Shown in pieces: positions 43,744 through 58,340 of a DNA stretch of 64,000 nt. Source of the DNA: the human T2T-CHM13v2.0 reference genome, Homo sapiens; assembly GCF_009914755.1 (NCBI RefSeq), contig NC_060937.1. One strand, given 5' to 3'. The notes under the pieces were generated by a model. The model ran no database searches, was not told the DNA's origin, and saw nothing but the letters and a program-made list of their open reading frames with translations. A program made the position numbers and the translations under genes. The stretch's first letter is position 1. The number at the start of each line of letters is the position of its first letter.

Positions 43744-44034
43744 TTCTTCTGGCTTTTTAAATGTGTTATCTTATTTCTTTATAACTGAGGTAAACACTTC
43801 ATTTGTGGAAAAAAATGAATTAAAGAATGTTTATTTGTTCCTGACTCTTCCACGTTCTCTACTTTATGCAAGGTTCTATATATTGGCTTTTGGATTAGCT
43901 GGTCTTTCTCTTTTTATTTATTCTGTTCTTTCTCCATTTATTTTTTTTCATTTGTTCTCACTTACAACAGCACTGTCCAGTTACGAAAGTATCAAGATGT
44001 AGAAGAGATTTTGAGAGTTTGCCCTGAATTTAAT

Positions 44035-44180
44035 TCAGAACAGAGTTTAGAATCTGACTTGACACTTAATAATTAGATAATCTAATTAAATTAATTAGAC
44101 AATCTGAGGTTGAGTACCTTGATTTGAGTATTGTTAACATAAAATGTAACACTATATATATTCATCTGACATTTATATAG
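44035..44180 (+). mobile_element. Degraded MIR fragment
   Basis: 'gagtttagaatctgacttgacacttaataattagataatc...' resembles the MIR 5' core. Confidence 0.4.
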
Positions 44181-44210
44181 GATGGTATCCCAAAGAGCCA
44201 ATGATGTTGT

Positions 44211-44577
44211 TGATATGGTTTGGCTGTGTCCCCACCCAAACCTCATCTTGAATTGTAGCTCCCATAATTTCTACATGTCATGGGAAAAACCCGGTGCGAG
44301 GTAATTGAATCATGGGGTGGGGGGGGTATTTCCCATGCTGTTCTTGTAATAGTGAACAAGTTTCATGAGATCTGATGGTTTTATAAAGGGGAGTTTTCCT
44401 ACACACTCTCTTTTGCCTGCCTCCATGTAAGACATGACTTTGTTCCTCCTTGCCTGCCACCATGATTGTGAAGCCTCCCCAGCCATGTGGAACTGTGAGT
44501 CAGTTTAACCTCTTTCATTTGTAAATTACCCAGTCTCAGGCATGTCTTTATTAACAGCATAGCAATGGACTAATACA
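44211..44577 (+). mobile_element. THE1B-like complete solo LTR
   Basis: 'tgatatggtttggctgtgtccccaccc...ggactaataca'; degenerate TSD gttgt/gctgc. Confidence 0.95.
44302..44312 (+). promoter_or_regulatory. DUX4-type double-homeobox motif in THE1 LTR
   Basis: TAATTGAATCA upstream of LTR TATA 'ttttataaagg'; function inferred from known MaLR biology only. Confidence 0.5.
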
Positions 44578-45459
44578 GCTGCCGTCAATGAGATTATAGT
44601 CCAATATTATATTAAATATATGTCATCTTAGTAAACATAATCGTCACAAATATGGATTGTTTGACTTGATTTGAGGTATGAAAGAGCTAAGTGAAAATAA
44701 TAAAATGTTAATTGATTAGTGGCCCAAATAGAGAGGTTAAGATGTCATGAAAACTAAAAGACAGATTTTCATGAAACAAAGACATCAATTATTTCAAATA
44801 GTGGTGAGCTATCAAAATTTAGGCATATTAAAAGTTGGTCTTTGGAGTAAAAATCTAGAAGTCACTTGTTACAAGAGAAGGGATATTTTATTGGGATAGT
44901 AGGGCATAGATGCATGTTGGATTGAATTGAAGAGAGAAAAAAATTCTAGTTTTCCATAAGTGTGAATTAAAAACAATAAAAATGGTGGACAAATTGTGAA
45001 ACAACTAAATTTCAAAACCAAAACATCATCTTAAAAATATTGAAGGACAAAAATAAAGGTCAAAAAATTGAGAACTTTCAATGAGGTGCTATAAATAGAA
45101 ATGCAATCACCACATAATATTAAAGCACTATTGTAAGAATACAGAAACATTAAATGTAAGAAAACAGAAAAATTTATATATTATATAAGTGTATATACAC
45201 AATGAGACTGACCAAAACAAGCTGATTGATATCTGAAAATAACTTAGAGCAAATGCTATGGGAAACAAATATGCAAATTTTGCAATAATCAGGAATGAAA
45301 TCCAATGAAATGATACAATAATTTAAAATATTTCTATACCTGAAAGAATACCTACATTATATAAAGATAGAGAAAGAAAAGGCTAAATAGATGAATTCAC
45401 ACAAACCATTGTGATATTGTAATATAAGTCAGTGTATAAGTAGTAGTACATGCAGGTAA

Positions 45460-46445
45460 TCATAAAGCATATAGATTTGGAAAACATGCATAATAAAATA
45501 GATCTAAAGAATGTCTATTAAACATCAAACCCCAAAGAGCAAGATATATATTATTTGATGTGCATATGGAATTGTTCACAAAGTAATCATTTTTTGACCC
45601 ATAAAATAAGTCTAAACAAATACCAAAAAACTGAAATAAAGAAAATGTGTTGTCTCACAAGAAAGAATAAAGTAATAAATCAAGATTAAAGAGATAATTA
45701 ATATTGCCTTCTAAATTTTTGGATAAGTACTTTATAAACATCTTTGTGACAATAAGCTCTCATAACAATATTTAATAAACAACAAATTGTAGAGGAAATG
45801 GCCAAGTCACTGGAAAAAAATAAGAATAGAAAATGGAAATAGTCCCACATCGCTTAAATAGATAATTTTTACAATTGAAATTATTAACACCAAGGAAATG
45901 CCAGGCCCTGGTGAATTAACCAGAGAACTATCAAATACATTTAAGAAAAACAATAGCACTGTTATCACACAAAATGTACCAGGAAATTAAAAATACCAGA
46001 AACTTTTTTTTTTTTACAGTCTCGCTTCTTCACCCAGGCTGGAGTGTAGTGGCACGATCTCAGCTCAGTGAAACCTCCACCTCCCAGGTTCAAGCAATTC
46101 TCCTGCCTCAGCCTCCCAAGTAGCTGGTATTACAGGCACAAGCCAATATGCCTGGCTATTTTTTGTATTTTTAGTAGAGATGGGGTTTCACTACGTTGGC
46201 CAGGCTGGTCTTGAACTCCTGACCTCAAGAAGTCTCCCCACCTCGGCCTCCCAAAGTGCTGGGATTACAGGCTTGAGCAACTGCACCCAACTGGAAACTT
46301 TTCTACAAAGTCAACATTATTACAATTGTAATACTTAACAAGGTCATTACAAGAAAAAATAATTTTAGACCAATCCATATTGTAAAGGCAAAATTTGAAA
46401 ACAAATTATTATAAAACAAAATAAAATGACATATATAAAGGGATA
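45460..46445 (+). mobile_element. Very old L1M (ME-like) ORF2 relic; continues at ~52100-52560
   Basis: 'gtgcatatggaattgttcacaaa...cataaaataagtctaaacaaat', 'ccaggccctggtgaattaacc', 'aattttagaccaat'; resumes 'aaagtggagatttt...catttgataaaa'. Confidence 0.65.
46008..46292 (-). mobile_element. AluSx/Sz
   Basis: Dimeric Alu; TSD agaaactttt / ggaaactttt. Confidence 0.93.
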
Positions 46446-49400
46446 GAGACACTTTGAATAGATCATACAAGAGGGAACACTGGAATTCAACAACAACAAA
46501 AAAGTGACAGAGAATACTTAAAACAAGGAAAGAAAATCAGGTAAGGGTGCCTCCCTGGCTGAGATGGGCTGAGTTGAGGGAGACTCCCAGGTATAAGGAA
46601 ATGGTAAGCGAGAGACCCACAACAGTTGACATTTCCACCATGAATTTCTACAATCCTAGACATGGGAGAGCACTTTGACCCTTGCAGGCCCTGAACCTTA
46701 TATAAGGAGCTGCCAGGAGAATCTGTGATGACGTTGCCCAAGGAAGAAAGCTTGCCCTGGGTTCCATGTATTCCCTGAGACCTAAACAGCTTCAGCAAGG
46801 TGCCTTTTTAGAATGTCACATCCAACATGCTGTACACTGTACTGGAGTCCTGTGGTGCTGGGACTGAGGTGCTGAGAAACACAAGCTGCTAGACCTGGGG
46901 TTCAGGTGTGAGTGACCATGGCTACTGCATCTGGGTGTGAGAGCCACGAGGACTGAGGTGTGAATGGTGCATGCACTCTGTACTCTTAGCCTAGGCTGCC
47001 ATCACTGAAGGTGGCATTGCTTGCCCAAGTGGCAGACCCCAGCCATGCTGCTGCCTCTGACCCAAGAACACTTCCAGTGGCCTGAGAATCATCCCACCTC
47101 CACCTCTCACAGCCAGCACCCGTACACACCATCAGGGGACCTAAAGACATGTCAGTCTGTCCTGGTTTGACACTCACCCCCAGAGTAAGTTTGACACTTA
47201 CCCCTGTTGTGGGTAAGTGAGAGACCCACAACAGTTGAGATTTCCACCATGAATTCCTACAATCCTAGACCCTAGTGGGAGCCAGGTGATTGCCCAGCCA
47301 AGTCCACCACCACTGATACCTGAACTTTACTCTCAGGAGTCTGAGACTGAGCCTACCAACTCAGCCACTATTACCATAGAAGGCATCTAGCTGCATATAC
47401 CACCTGCAGGCCTGAAGACTTGCCTGCATAGCCATTCACAGACACTGCCAATACCTGTGTACACGGCTTGGAACCCAAAGGGCCTTTATGCCACAGCCAC
47501 TGCACGCCATCTGCCCACGGTCCTGAGAAACGTTCCATCTGCCTGGCCCACTGCTGCAATTATCAGCATCGGTGTAAGCCACCTGAAGGTCCAAGGATTG
47601 GCCTGCCTGGCCCCACTACTGGTGATGGTGTGTGCCACCCTGGGGCAGAAAGACAGCCATGATCAGCCCACTAGTCCCACCACTGTGGCCTGAAGACTAG
47701 CCTACCTGGGTGTCCCACTTCCCAGAAAACCTGCACCACAGCTTCCACTAATAACTGAACTCTAACCATTGAGGAAATCATAGATACCACTAATGCCACT
47801 GACAGCCAAAGAAGTTATCCAGAGATTAAACTATTGCATGCATTCAGAATCAAACTCAAAGTACCCTATGGAACCAACACCATAGATTAATAATAAGGAA
47901 ACATTTTTCACTTAGGAAAGCAAAATTCAGAAAAGGGGAGAAAGCAAGTGTTACACTGGATACACACATATCACCATAAGGACAAAGGAAACATAAAAAT
48001 CAAAGAATTATGGCAACTCCAAGGAACTCAGTAATTCTCCAGCAACAGATTCTAATCAAAACAAACTCACAAAATGGAGGGAAAATCATTCAAATCATTA
48101 ATTCTAAAGAAACTCAGTGAAATATAAAAGAATTCTGAAAAAGTATGCAAACAAATTTGAAAAATAATTCAGAATATGAATGAGAAATTTACCAAAGATA
48201 CAGATACCATAAAAAAGAAGGAAACAAAAATGCTGACTGCGAAAATTCCTTGAGTAAAATATAAAATACATTTGAAAACCTTAACAATAGACTAGGTCAA
48301 TTACAAGAAATAATCTCAGAACTTGACAGTTGTTTTGAAATAACCCAGTAAGATACAAATTAAACAAAATAATAAAAAGAAAGAGAAATGAAATAAATAA
48401 TGCCACTGTAGGAGAGCACCAAACCACAATAACAAACAATAAAAGAAAAGAGAAAGAAAAAGAAAGAAAGAATGTGACAAAAAAACCCAGAAAATAATGA
48501 ACAATATCAAAGGAACAAAAGTTTCTGTGTAAGTAATAACTTTCAACATAAATGGATTAAATTCTCTACTTAAAAGGTATAAATGTTCTGAGTAGATGAG
48601 AAACCATAATCCAACCATATGCTCTCTACAAGAAATGAACTTTACTTGTGAAAACACATACAGACCGAAAGTAAAGGAATGAAACAAATATTTTACACAA
48701 AAACTAAAAGTGAGTGGGAGTGGCTATATTTACATCAGATAATACAGACTTTAAGCCAAAAACTGTAAAATAAAAAAGACAAAGAACACCATTATATAAT
48801 TAAAAAGGAATTCAGCAAGATAATATAACAATTCTAAGTATGCATGCATCCAACATGAAGCACCCAGATTCATAAAGCAAATATTACTAGATATAAAGAG
48901 AGATAGACTCCAGTACGGTAATAGTGGGGGACTTCAACACCTCACTCTCAGCATTAGACAGATCACGTAGACAGAATATCAATGAAGAAACATTGGATTT
49001 AAACTTGACTTTAGACCAATTGATCCAAGAGATATTAACTAAACATTTTATCCAACAACTACAGATACACATTCTTCTCTTCAGTACGTGGAACATTCTC
49101 CAGAATAGATTGTATGTTAGGCCAAAAAACAATTTTTGAGCACTTTTTAAACATTGATATTATATTAACCTTCTCAGACCAAAATTGAATAAAACTAAAA
49201 ATAAACATAAAAACCATTATCAAGAGGAACTTTGGAAACTTTCCAAAACATAGAAATTAAATCAGAAGCTTCTGAATAACCACTAAGTCAATGGAGAAAT
49301 TAAAATGGAACTCAAAACTTTTCTTGAAACAAATGAAAATGGAAACACAACTTCAAAACCTGTGAGATGCAGCAAAAGCAGTACTAAGAGGGAAATTTGT

Positions 49401-52098
49401 AGCAATAAATGCTACATGAAAAACACAGAAAGATTTTGAATAAACAATCTAACAATGTACCTCAGTGAACTAGAAAAGCAAAAACAAACCAATCCAAAAT
49501 TAACAGAAAAAAAGAAATAATAAAGATCACAGCAGAACTAAATGAAATAGAGATCTAAAAAACAGTACAAATAACCAATGAAATTAAAAGTTGCTTCTTT
49601 GAAAAGATAAAATTAATAAACTGCTAGCTTGACTAACCAAAAATTCACAACAAAATATTAGCAAACAGAATTCAAGAGCAAATATAAAAGTTAATGGATC
49701 ATGCATGATCAAATGACATTTCCTCAAGGGATTCAAGGATGTTTTAACATATACAAATCCATACATGTAATATACCACTTTAACAGAATGAAAAATAAAA
49801 ACCTTACAGTCATCTCAATAGACACAGAAAAGGCATTTGATAAAATTCAAAATCCCTTCATATGAAAACTCTCAACAAACTAGATATAGAAGAAATATAT
49901 CTCAAAATAATAAACACCATTTATGACAAACCAACAGCTAACATCATACTAAATAGGGAAAAATTACAAGCTTCTTCTCTCAGAACTGGAACAAGACAAG
50001 GATACCTACTTTCACCATTCCTAATCAACATACTACTGGAAGTCTTAGCTAGAGCAATTAGGCCAGAAAAGTAACGAAAGAAATTTAAATTAGAAAAGAG
50101 GAAGTCAAATTGTTTCTTTTTTTTGGAGGTGATATGATCTTATATTTAGAAAAAACCAAAGACGTCACCTAAAACTGTTAAAGCTGATAAGCAAATTCAG
50201 TAAATGTGTAGTGTACAAAATTATCATACAAATAACAGTAGTGTTTTTATGCATCGATATTGAAATAGCAGAAAAATAAGTCAAGAAGAAAATGCTGTTT
50301 AAAATAGCTACAAAATAAAACAAAATATTTATGAATAAAGTTAACCAAGTACGTGAAGATCTACAGAAATATGAATACTACAGTGCATTGATGAAGTAAA
50401 CTGAAGAGAAGAAAAATGGAAGGATGTCTCATGCTCACAAATAGGAAAGATTAATATCAGTAAAATGACTACACTGCCAAAAGCCGTCTACAGATTTGAT
50501 GCAATCCTGATCAAAACACCAATGTTATTTTTCACAGACACAGAAAAAAAATACTAAAATTCGTATGGAAGCAAAAAAGAGCCATAATAGCCAAAGCAAT
50601 TCTGAGCAAAAATAAGAAAGCTGGACGCTTCACATTACCTGATGTCAAAATATATTACAAGGCTATAGAAACCAAAACAGAATGGTATTGGTATACAAAC
50701 AGACACATAGATTAATGGAACAGAATAGAGCACACAGCAATAAATCTACATATTTATCACCAACTGATTTTTGACAAAAGCACCAAGAAAATACACTGGG
50801 GGAATCGACACCTTTTTCAGTAACGGTGCCAGGAAAATTGGATATTCACATGCAGAAGAATGAAACTGAATCTCTATTTCTCATCATATACAAAAAGCAA
50901 CTCAAGATGAATTAAGAGTTAAACAGGAGACCCCAAACTATCAAATTACTAAAAGGAAACATAGGAAAAACACTCCAAGACATTGGTTTAGGTTAAAGGT
51001 TTTATGGGAAAGTCCTTAAAAGCAGACACCAAAAATAAAACATATTGGACTATATTAAACTAAAAATTATCTGTACAGCAATAAACAAAATAAAACAAGA
51101 AAGAAAAACAGTAAAGAGTCAACCTTTTGATATGAATAGACATTTCTCAAAAGAAGACATACAAATGGCCAACAGGTATGTGAAAATATAATCAACATCA
51201 CTAAGCAACGAGGGAATGCATCAAAACCAAAATGAAATTTTACCTTACCCCAGTTAGAATGGCTATTAATAAAAGACAAAAAATAACAGATGCTAGTGAG
51301 GATATGGAGAAAAGGAAACCCTTATTCACTGTTGGCAGGATTGTATGTAGTATAACCAATATAAAAAATAACATGACATTTTCTTTAAAAAACTAAAAAT
51401 AGAATTGCCATATGATCCAGCAATCCCACTACTGGGTATCCATGCAAAGGAAAATAAATTAGTATTTCAGATGGATACCTGCACTCACATGTTTGTCACA
51501 GCACTATTCATAACAGCAAAAATATAGGAATTAACCTAAGTGACCAACAATGGACAAATGGACAAAGAAAATGTGGTATGTGTACAAAATAAAATATCAT
51601 TTAGTCATAAAAAGAATAAAATTATGCCACTTGAAGCAACATAGCTGGAACTGGAGATCATTATGTTAAGTGAGATAGCCTATACACAAAAAAACAAATA
51701 CTACATACCCTTACTCTTATGTGAGAGCTAAAAATCTTTATGACATGAAAATAGAGATAGAATGATAGACACCAGAGTCTGGGAAGGGTGTGAGGGTGAG
51801 AGGGGGAAATAAATGAAATTTGGTGAATGGGTACACATTGATAGTTAGATAAAAGAAATAACTTGTAATGTTCTATAGTAGACTAGGGTGACCATAGTTG
51901 GTAACACTGTATTTTATATTTCTAAGTAGCTGGAAGAGAGGACTTAAAAATGTTACCAACCCATGGAAGTGATACTTAGAAATGGTAAATATTTAAGGTG
52001 ATGCATACGCCAAATACCCTAAGTTGATCATTCCACATTCTATGCTCACATGTAACCCCCAAATATATAAAATATTATGCATAAAGGAAAAATAAATA
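46446..52098 (+). mobile_element. Near full-length L1MA (MA4-like) with several internal deletions
   Basis: GC-richer 5'UTR; ORF1 relic; ORF2p remnants (GDFNTSLSALDRSRRQNINEET; [23 protein letters not shown]); L1MA 3'UTR; deletions near 48400, 49640 and 51125. Confidence 0.9.
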
Positions 52099-52639
52099 CA
52101 TTAAGAGATAATAAATTCAACTAAAGTGGAGATTTTATAGGTATGAAAATGTAGTTAAACATTTGAAAAATTATCAATCAGTATAATTAATTACATGAGT
52201 TGAATTAGAAAAATTTCTTGCTTATCCCAATAACGTGCCAACAAACATTTGATAAAAGGCATAGTAAATAGAAAATGAAATGGAACTCTCTTAATTTGAT
52301 TCATAAGAGTACTTTTGAATAAATATCATGTGAAAAATTATACATGTCTCTGTAAGACAGTTTTGGAAGTTATGACTTGACAAGAAAGCCAAGAAATTTT
52401 TAAAAAGAAAGAATACAGAGAAATTAAATAAATAAAACTGTTTTTCTTAGATATATGATTGCAAATGTAGAAATTTCTCCCCTAACCTTCCCAGATTAAC
52501 TGCTACAACAAATAAATGGAGTTAGTGAGTTGTCTATATAAAGAATTAATAGAGACATTTTTTAAGAAAACTTTTTTTTTCCTAAATGAACGGTATGTAA
52601 GTAGAGTGAGTTAGTGAAAAAGCACCAGAGAAAGAGAAG

Positions 52640-53323
<684 letters not shown>

Positions 53324-53557
53324 ATGTCCATAACAAAAATCAGCATATTTATTTGTTAATTTGACAAAGTTTTTGTTCTTATAGGATATTAGATTTTTCT
53401 AGCTATCTTTTGTTACTGGTTCCTTATTCCATTAAATTATGGTCAGCAAATGCAATATGTACAATATTAATTTTTTAAAATCTCTGAGATTTGCATTCTG
53501 AAATACTATTTTCCATATATGTTCCAAAAGTTTCTTAAAACAATCATAATTTGCCAT

Positions 53558-53672
53558 TATACACACATACACACACACATACATACACATATACACATAT
53601 ACATATATAAGCACACATCCTTCCATAACTATATACACATATATGGATATATACAAGCATTTATATATACTA
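53558..53672. repeat. (CA/TA)n simple repeat
   Basis: Direct reading. Confidence 0.85.
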
Positions 53673-55532
53673 TAAATGATATTCCACTATAGGATGAGAA
53701 ATATTTAATATGTTATGAACAGATTTTGCCATACTATATAATACAGAACATGTTCACAATATTAAGAACATAATCTAGAGTACTCAAGCTATAGTTACAT
53801 GCTTGTTGCTAGACATGAATAGTCTGATTTTCATCAATGTTAGGGCTAAACCAAATATATAAAAGTATTACATGAATATAGGGAAAAAGAACTTAAGAAA
53901 ATATAATTTTCTGCTGCTTTATCTATGCTTACTAATTATATGAAGTCCTTTGAAATGAATTACTTATTAAGTAAAAGTACTTATTAAGGAATATTTCACA
54001 GTAAGTTCAGTAAGTTGGAGAACAATTTCTTTTAACAATTCATATTTCTGCAGATAAACTAAAGATTGTAAGATTATTGGCAAAAAAGTAATGTTAATTA
54101 AGAAAGACTTTTGAGGTCCCCACTATTCATTTCTAGAAATAAACTGATATCAGTTTGGTATTAATTTGGGGAATACCTTTTTAATTGTTCAAAATGTTGG
54201 ACTATGCAATGTAATTAATGACCCAATTTCAATGATTTTTTCATTGTATATTCTTTGACCAAATATAGAAAAAATAGATAACGTAATATGCCTATAAAAA
54301 TTATCTGGGCAAAATACAACTTTTTCTATTCTTTCCTGAAATTAAACCATGTTGAGCATGGTGTTGCAAAAAATGTCCTGGTAACTCATCAATGGCAATT
54401 TTGTGAAATTCAATTATCACTGAATTTTACCTTATACAATTACATTATAAATGAAAAACTTTTTTTCCTGAAAAGAGTCTGAAGTACAAATTAGTTTCAG
54501 CAGGGATTCTGTTTTACAAATCATCACAATCTGCTCAACTCACTTCCTGGAGAAATGCCTAAGCTGTTTGGTTAAGAATTATACACTTGGAAAATTCTTG
54601 TTTGCTATAATACATATAAAAAAGGATTATAAACCAACAGTGCTGAATAATATTACAGTGTATTATCTTGTGCTTCTTGTCACCTACAGTGACTGATGCT
54701 TATCATTCACTTAATTACTGTATTTAAAACATATGTGTTGTTGTCTTTAACCGCTACAGTATTCTATCCTTTAAAATTTCTGGGTTCCCATGTTATTGCT
54801 ACTAATAATAAGCTGTTTATTCAAGTTTTTCAGAAACAAAAATTTGAATATAGAAAGATTTGTGTATTCACTAGAGTTGATCTTAAAGGAATGTCTAAAC
54901 AGAAATATAAAATGTCTCACACATAAATTTTAAATAAATATGTCAAATATCTGTTTATGTTGGTTCCAAGAATGTAAGTCAAACTCTTTACCTGTTTATG
55001 TATGTGTAAAATAAACAAATAAATAAACAAAAATGACACTTATTTGAAAGGCTGGGGCAACTTTTTAAGCAAGTAAAATAAATTATCTAGTTGATGTTTT
55101 TATAAATCCATTCTTATGCTTTTGTCATTATTAAAACAGCATTTTGAGGTCAGTGTTTATACAGAAAGCAGTAATAATAGTAGCACATAATTGTATGCAA
55201 CTTTATATTTTATAAAAAAACAATTTTTATACTCTGTCATTTCATTACTCTTTTTAAACAACAAGGAATAAGACTCATAATCTGTAGAGTCTAGGATTTC
55301 TAATTTTCACTTATCTGGGTATCCCACTATAGCATGCTAGAGAAGTATAAATTAAGCCTTATGTAACAGTGGAGTAATAAGTATAGATTATTTTATCGTA
55401 TGCAACAATAATCATTCCTGAAAGGCGGTAAATCAGATCCAAAGGCCATTGACTGTACATGTTTTAAAAAATCAAGACTGACAAAAAGGGAAAGAAAAAC
55501 ATATGACTACATATCCACATGTACACACACAC

Positions 55533-55938
55533 TGATATAATCAGATTGTGCATTCCAAAATTCATGTGTTGAAACTTAATCTGCAGTGTGATAGTATTAA
55601 GAGGTGAGGCCTTTAGGGTGTGACTAAGTCATGAGGCAAAGCCCCCATGAATGAGATTAGCAACTTTATAGAAGAGGTGGGTGGGATCAACACTCCTTTG
55701 TTCCTTTTGCTCTCCAGACCATTCTGTCCTCTGTGGACACAGCATCCATCCCTTCCAGAGAACACAGCATTCAAGGCATCGTATCAGAAGCACAGGACTG
55801 TGCTCTCACCGGACACCAAACCTGTCAGTGTCTTGATCTTGGACTTCCAGCTTCAGAACTGTGAGAAATAAGTTTATAATCCTTATAAATTACCCAATCT
55901 CAGGTATTTTGCTATAGCAGCACTACAGCACTGAGGCA
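55533..55938 (+). mobile_element. MSTD/MSTC-like MaLR solo LTR
   Basis: 'caaaattcatgtgttgaaacttaatc...ggacaccaaacctg...cttgatcttggacttccagc...agaactgtgagaaataa...tatagcagca'; TSD cacac/tatac. Confidence 0.85.
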
Positions 55939-56586
55939 TATACAGTGCACAATATTTAACATCAGTTTTCTTGTGAGAATTGTCCACAATTCAAATTCTC
56001 AGAAGATATGAGGTGATCTTATTTTGTGTTAATCATGGGACAGGATGTAGGAGCAACACGATTAGGTCGCAGTTTAGCGGCCTTTGCTTAGAAAATTGGG
56101 GTGTAGCAAGAGTTGGGGAAAATGGTTTGGGGATAAGATCTAGAAGGGTCATCACCTAAGATACTTAGTCCCGAAGAGTCCTTAGCAAGGAAGGGAACAA
56201 TTAACATTGTTTTGAAATGTTTCTGTACTATTACTTGATTTCATTTCTTAGAGTTGACAACATATTATTTCTTTAGGTATTTAAAATAATTTGGAACAAA
56301 ACAATGGTTTCTAAACAAAAATAAGTGATTGTTTTTGTTTGATTCCTTAATAATTGTTTAATATCACTATATTTACCACGTAACAAAGTGTCTTAGTTTA
56401 AATGACTCAGTTCTAGGCCAAACACTTGGCAATGCCTTTGTACCTCCAATCCTACTTTCATGTTTATTCTATTGTAAAAACTATAAATGCCACTAAGTTG
56501 TATCAATGTACTAAAGAGACTTTTCTATGTTGGTTAAATTTAAGACAGCCCCCATTTGATTGTCATTGGTCATTTCAAACATTTTA

Positions 56587-56947
56587 TATATTAGTTTGTT
56601 TTCATACTGCTGATAAAGACATACTGAGACTGGGTAATTTATAAAGAAAAAGAGATTTAATGGATTCACAGCTCCACATGACTGGGAAAGCCTCACAATC
56701 ATGGCAGAAGGCAAAAGGCACGTCTTACATGGCAGCAGACGAGAGGGAATGAGAGCTAAGCAAAAGGGGAAACCTCTTATAAGACCATCACTTCTCATGA
56801 GACTTATTCACTACCATAGGAACAGTATGGAGGAAACTGCCCCCATGATTTAATTATCTCCCACCATGTTCTTCCCACAACACATGGGAATTATGGGAGC
56901 TATAATTCAAGATGAGATTGGGGTGGGGACACAGCCAAACCATATTA
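56587..56947 (-). mobile_element. THE1B complete solo LTR
   Basis: 'attagtttgttttcatactgctgataaagacata...ggggacacagccaaaccata'; TSD tttta/tttga; minus-strand TAATTAAATCA at 56846-56856. Confidence 0.93.
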
Positions 56948-57389
56948 TTTGACTTACTAATTTTTTATCAATAACTTACAGGATAGCTCAAAGGTCAAAC
57001 ACTTTGGCTTTCTCTTATTTTCCCTCAAACACTTATTATATATACGTGCTTCCACAGCCAAATATAAACTGGCAAAATTAAGGTCATTATCCTCATAAAT
57101 AACAGTAAAAACGTGCTTTTGAATAAAATTGAACATAATTTTTAAATTGTCCCTTTCTGATTACCTTGTTAATTTATTTCAACAAATCACTGTGAAATCT
57201 TTTCTTGACTTTTACAAAATTTAAAAATATGTAATCATATTTTCTATATTAGTGGCATAATTAGGTTTATATCTAGACCAGAGATATAAGAAGAAATCAG
57301 AAATACTTTGAGTAGAGAGCCCACATGGTATTTTACCCTGCTTTGAAATGAACAACTGAGTCTGTCATAGTTTCATAGATTCTGACACT

Positions 57390-57488
57390 CATGAATTGGC
57401 TCACTTGAATGTGGGGGCTGACAAATCTGAAATCTGTAGGACAGGCCAGCAGGCTGAAAACACAGGCAATATTTGAGGCTGCAGTCTT
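57390..57488 (-). mobile_element. MLT2 (C/D) LTR fragment
   Basis: 'gaattggctcac...gggggctgacaaatctgaaatctgtaggacaggccagcaggctgaaa...gctgcagtctt'. Confidence 0.7.
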
Positions 57489-57917
57489 TTTCTGTTTTGT
57501 TTTTAATTGACAAAAAATAGCATATTTTTTCATGGTGTACAATGTGATGCATTTATATATGTATGCACTGTGAATGACTAAATAAAACTCATTAACATTT
57601 ACCTCACCTCACTTATCTTTTAATTTGTGTAAGTAAAAGGGGTGCAAGAGCAATTTTGTTATATGGATGTATTGCCTAGTGGTGGTAAGAACATTTAAAA
57701 TCTACTCCCTTAGCAATTTTCAGATATACAGCACATTGTTATTAACTACAGTCACCATGCTGCTATGTTGTTTCCTGGGCCTTATTCTTTCTAACTGCAA
57801 TTTTGTACTATTTGACCAACATCTCCCTCTTCTGTCTTCTTTCTCTGGCCCCTGGTAAGCACCCTTCAACTCTCTCTTTTTTGTGAGTTCAACTATTTAT
57901 ATTCCACATACAAGTGA

Positions 57918-58340
<423 letters not shown>

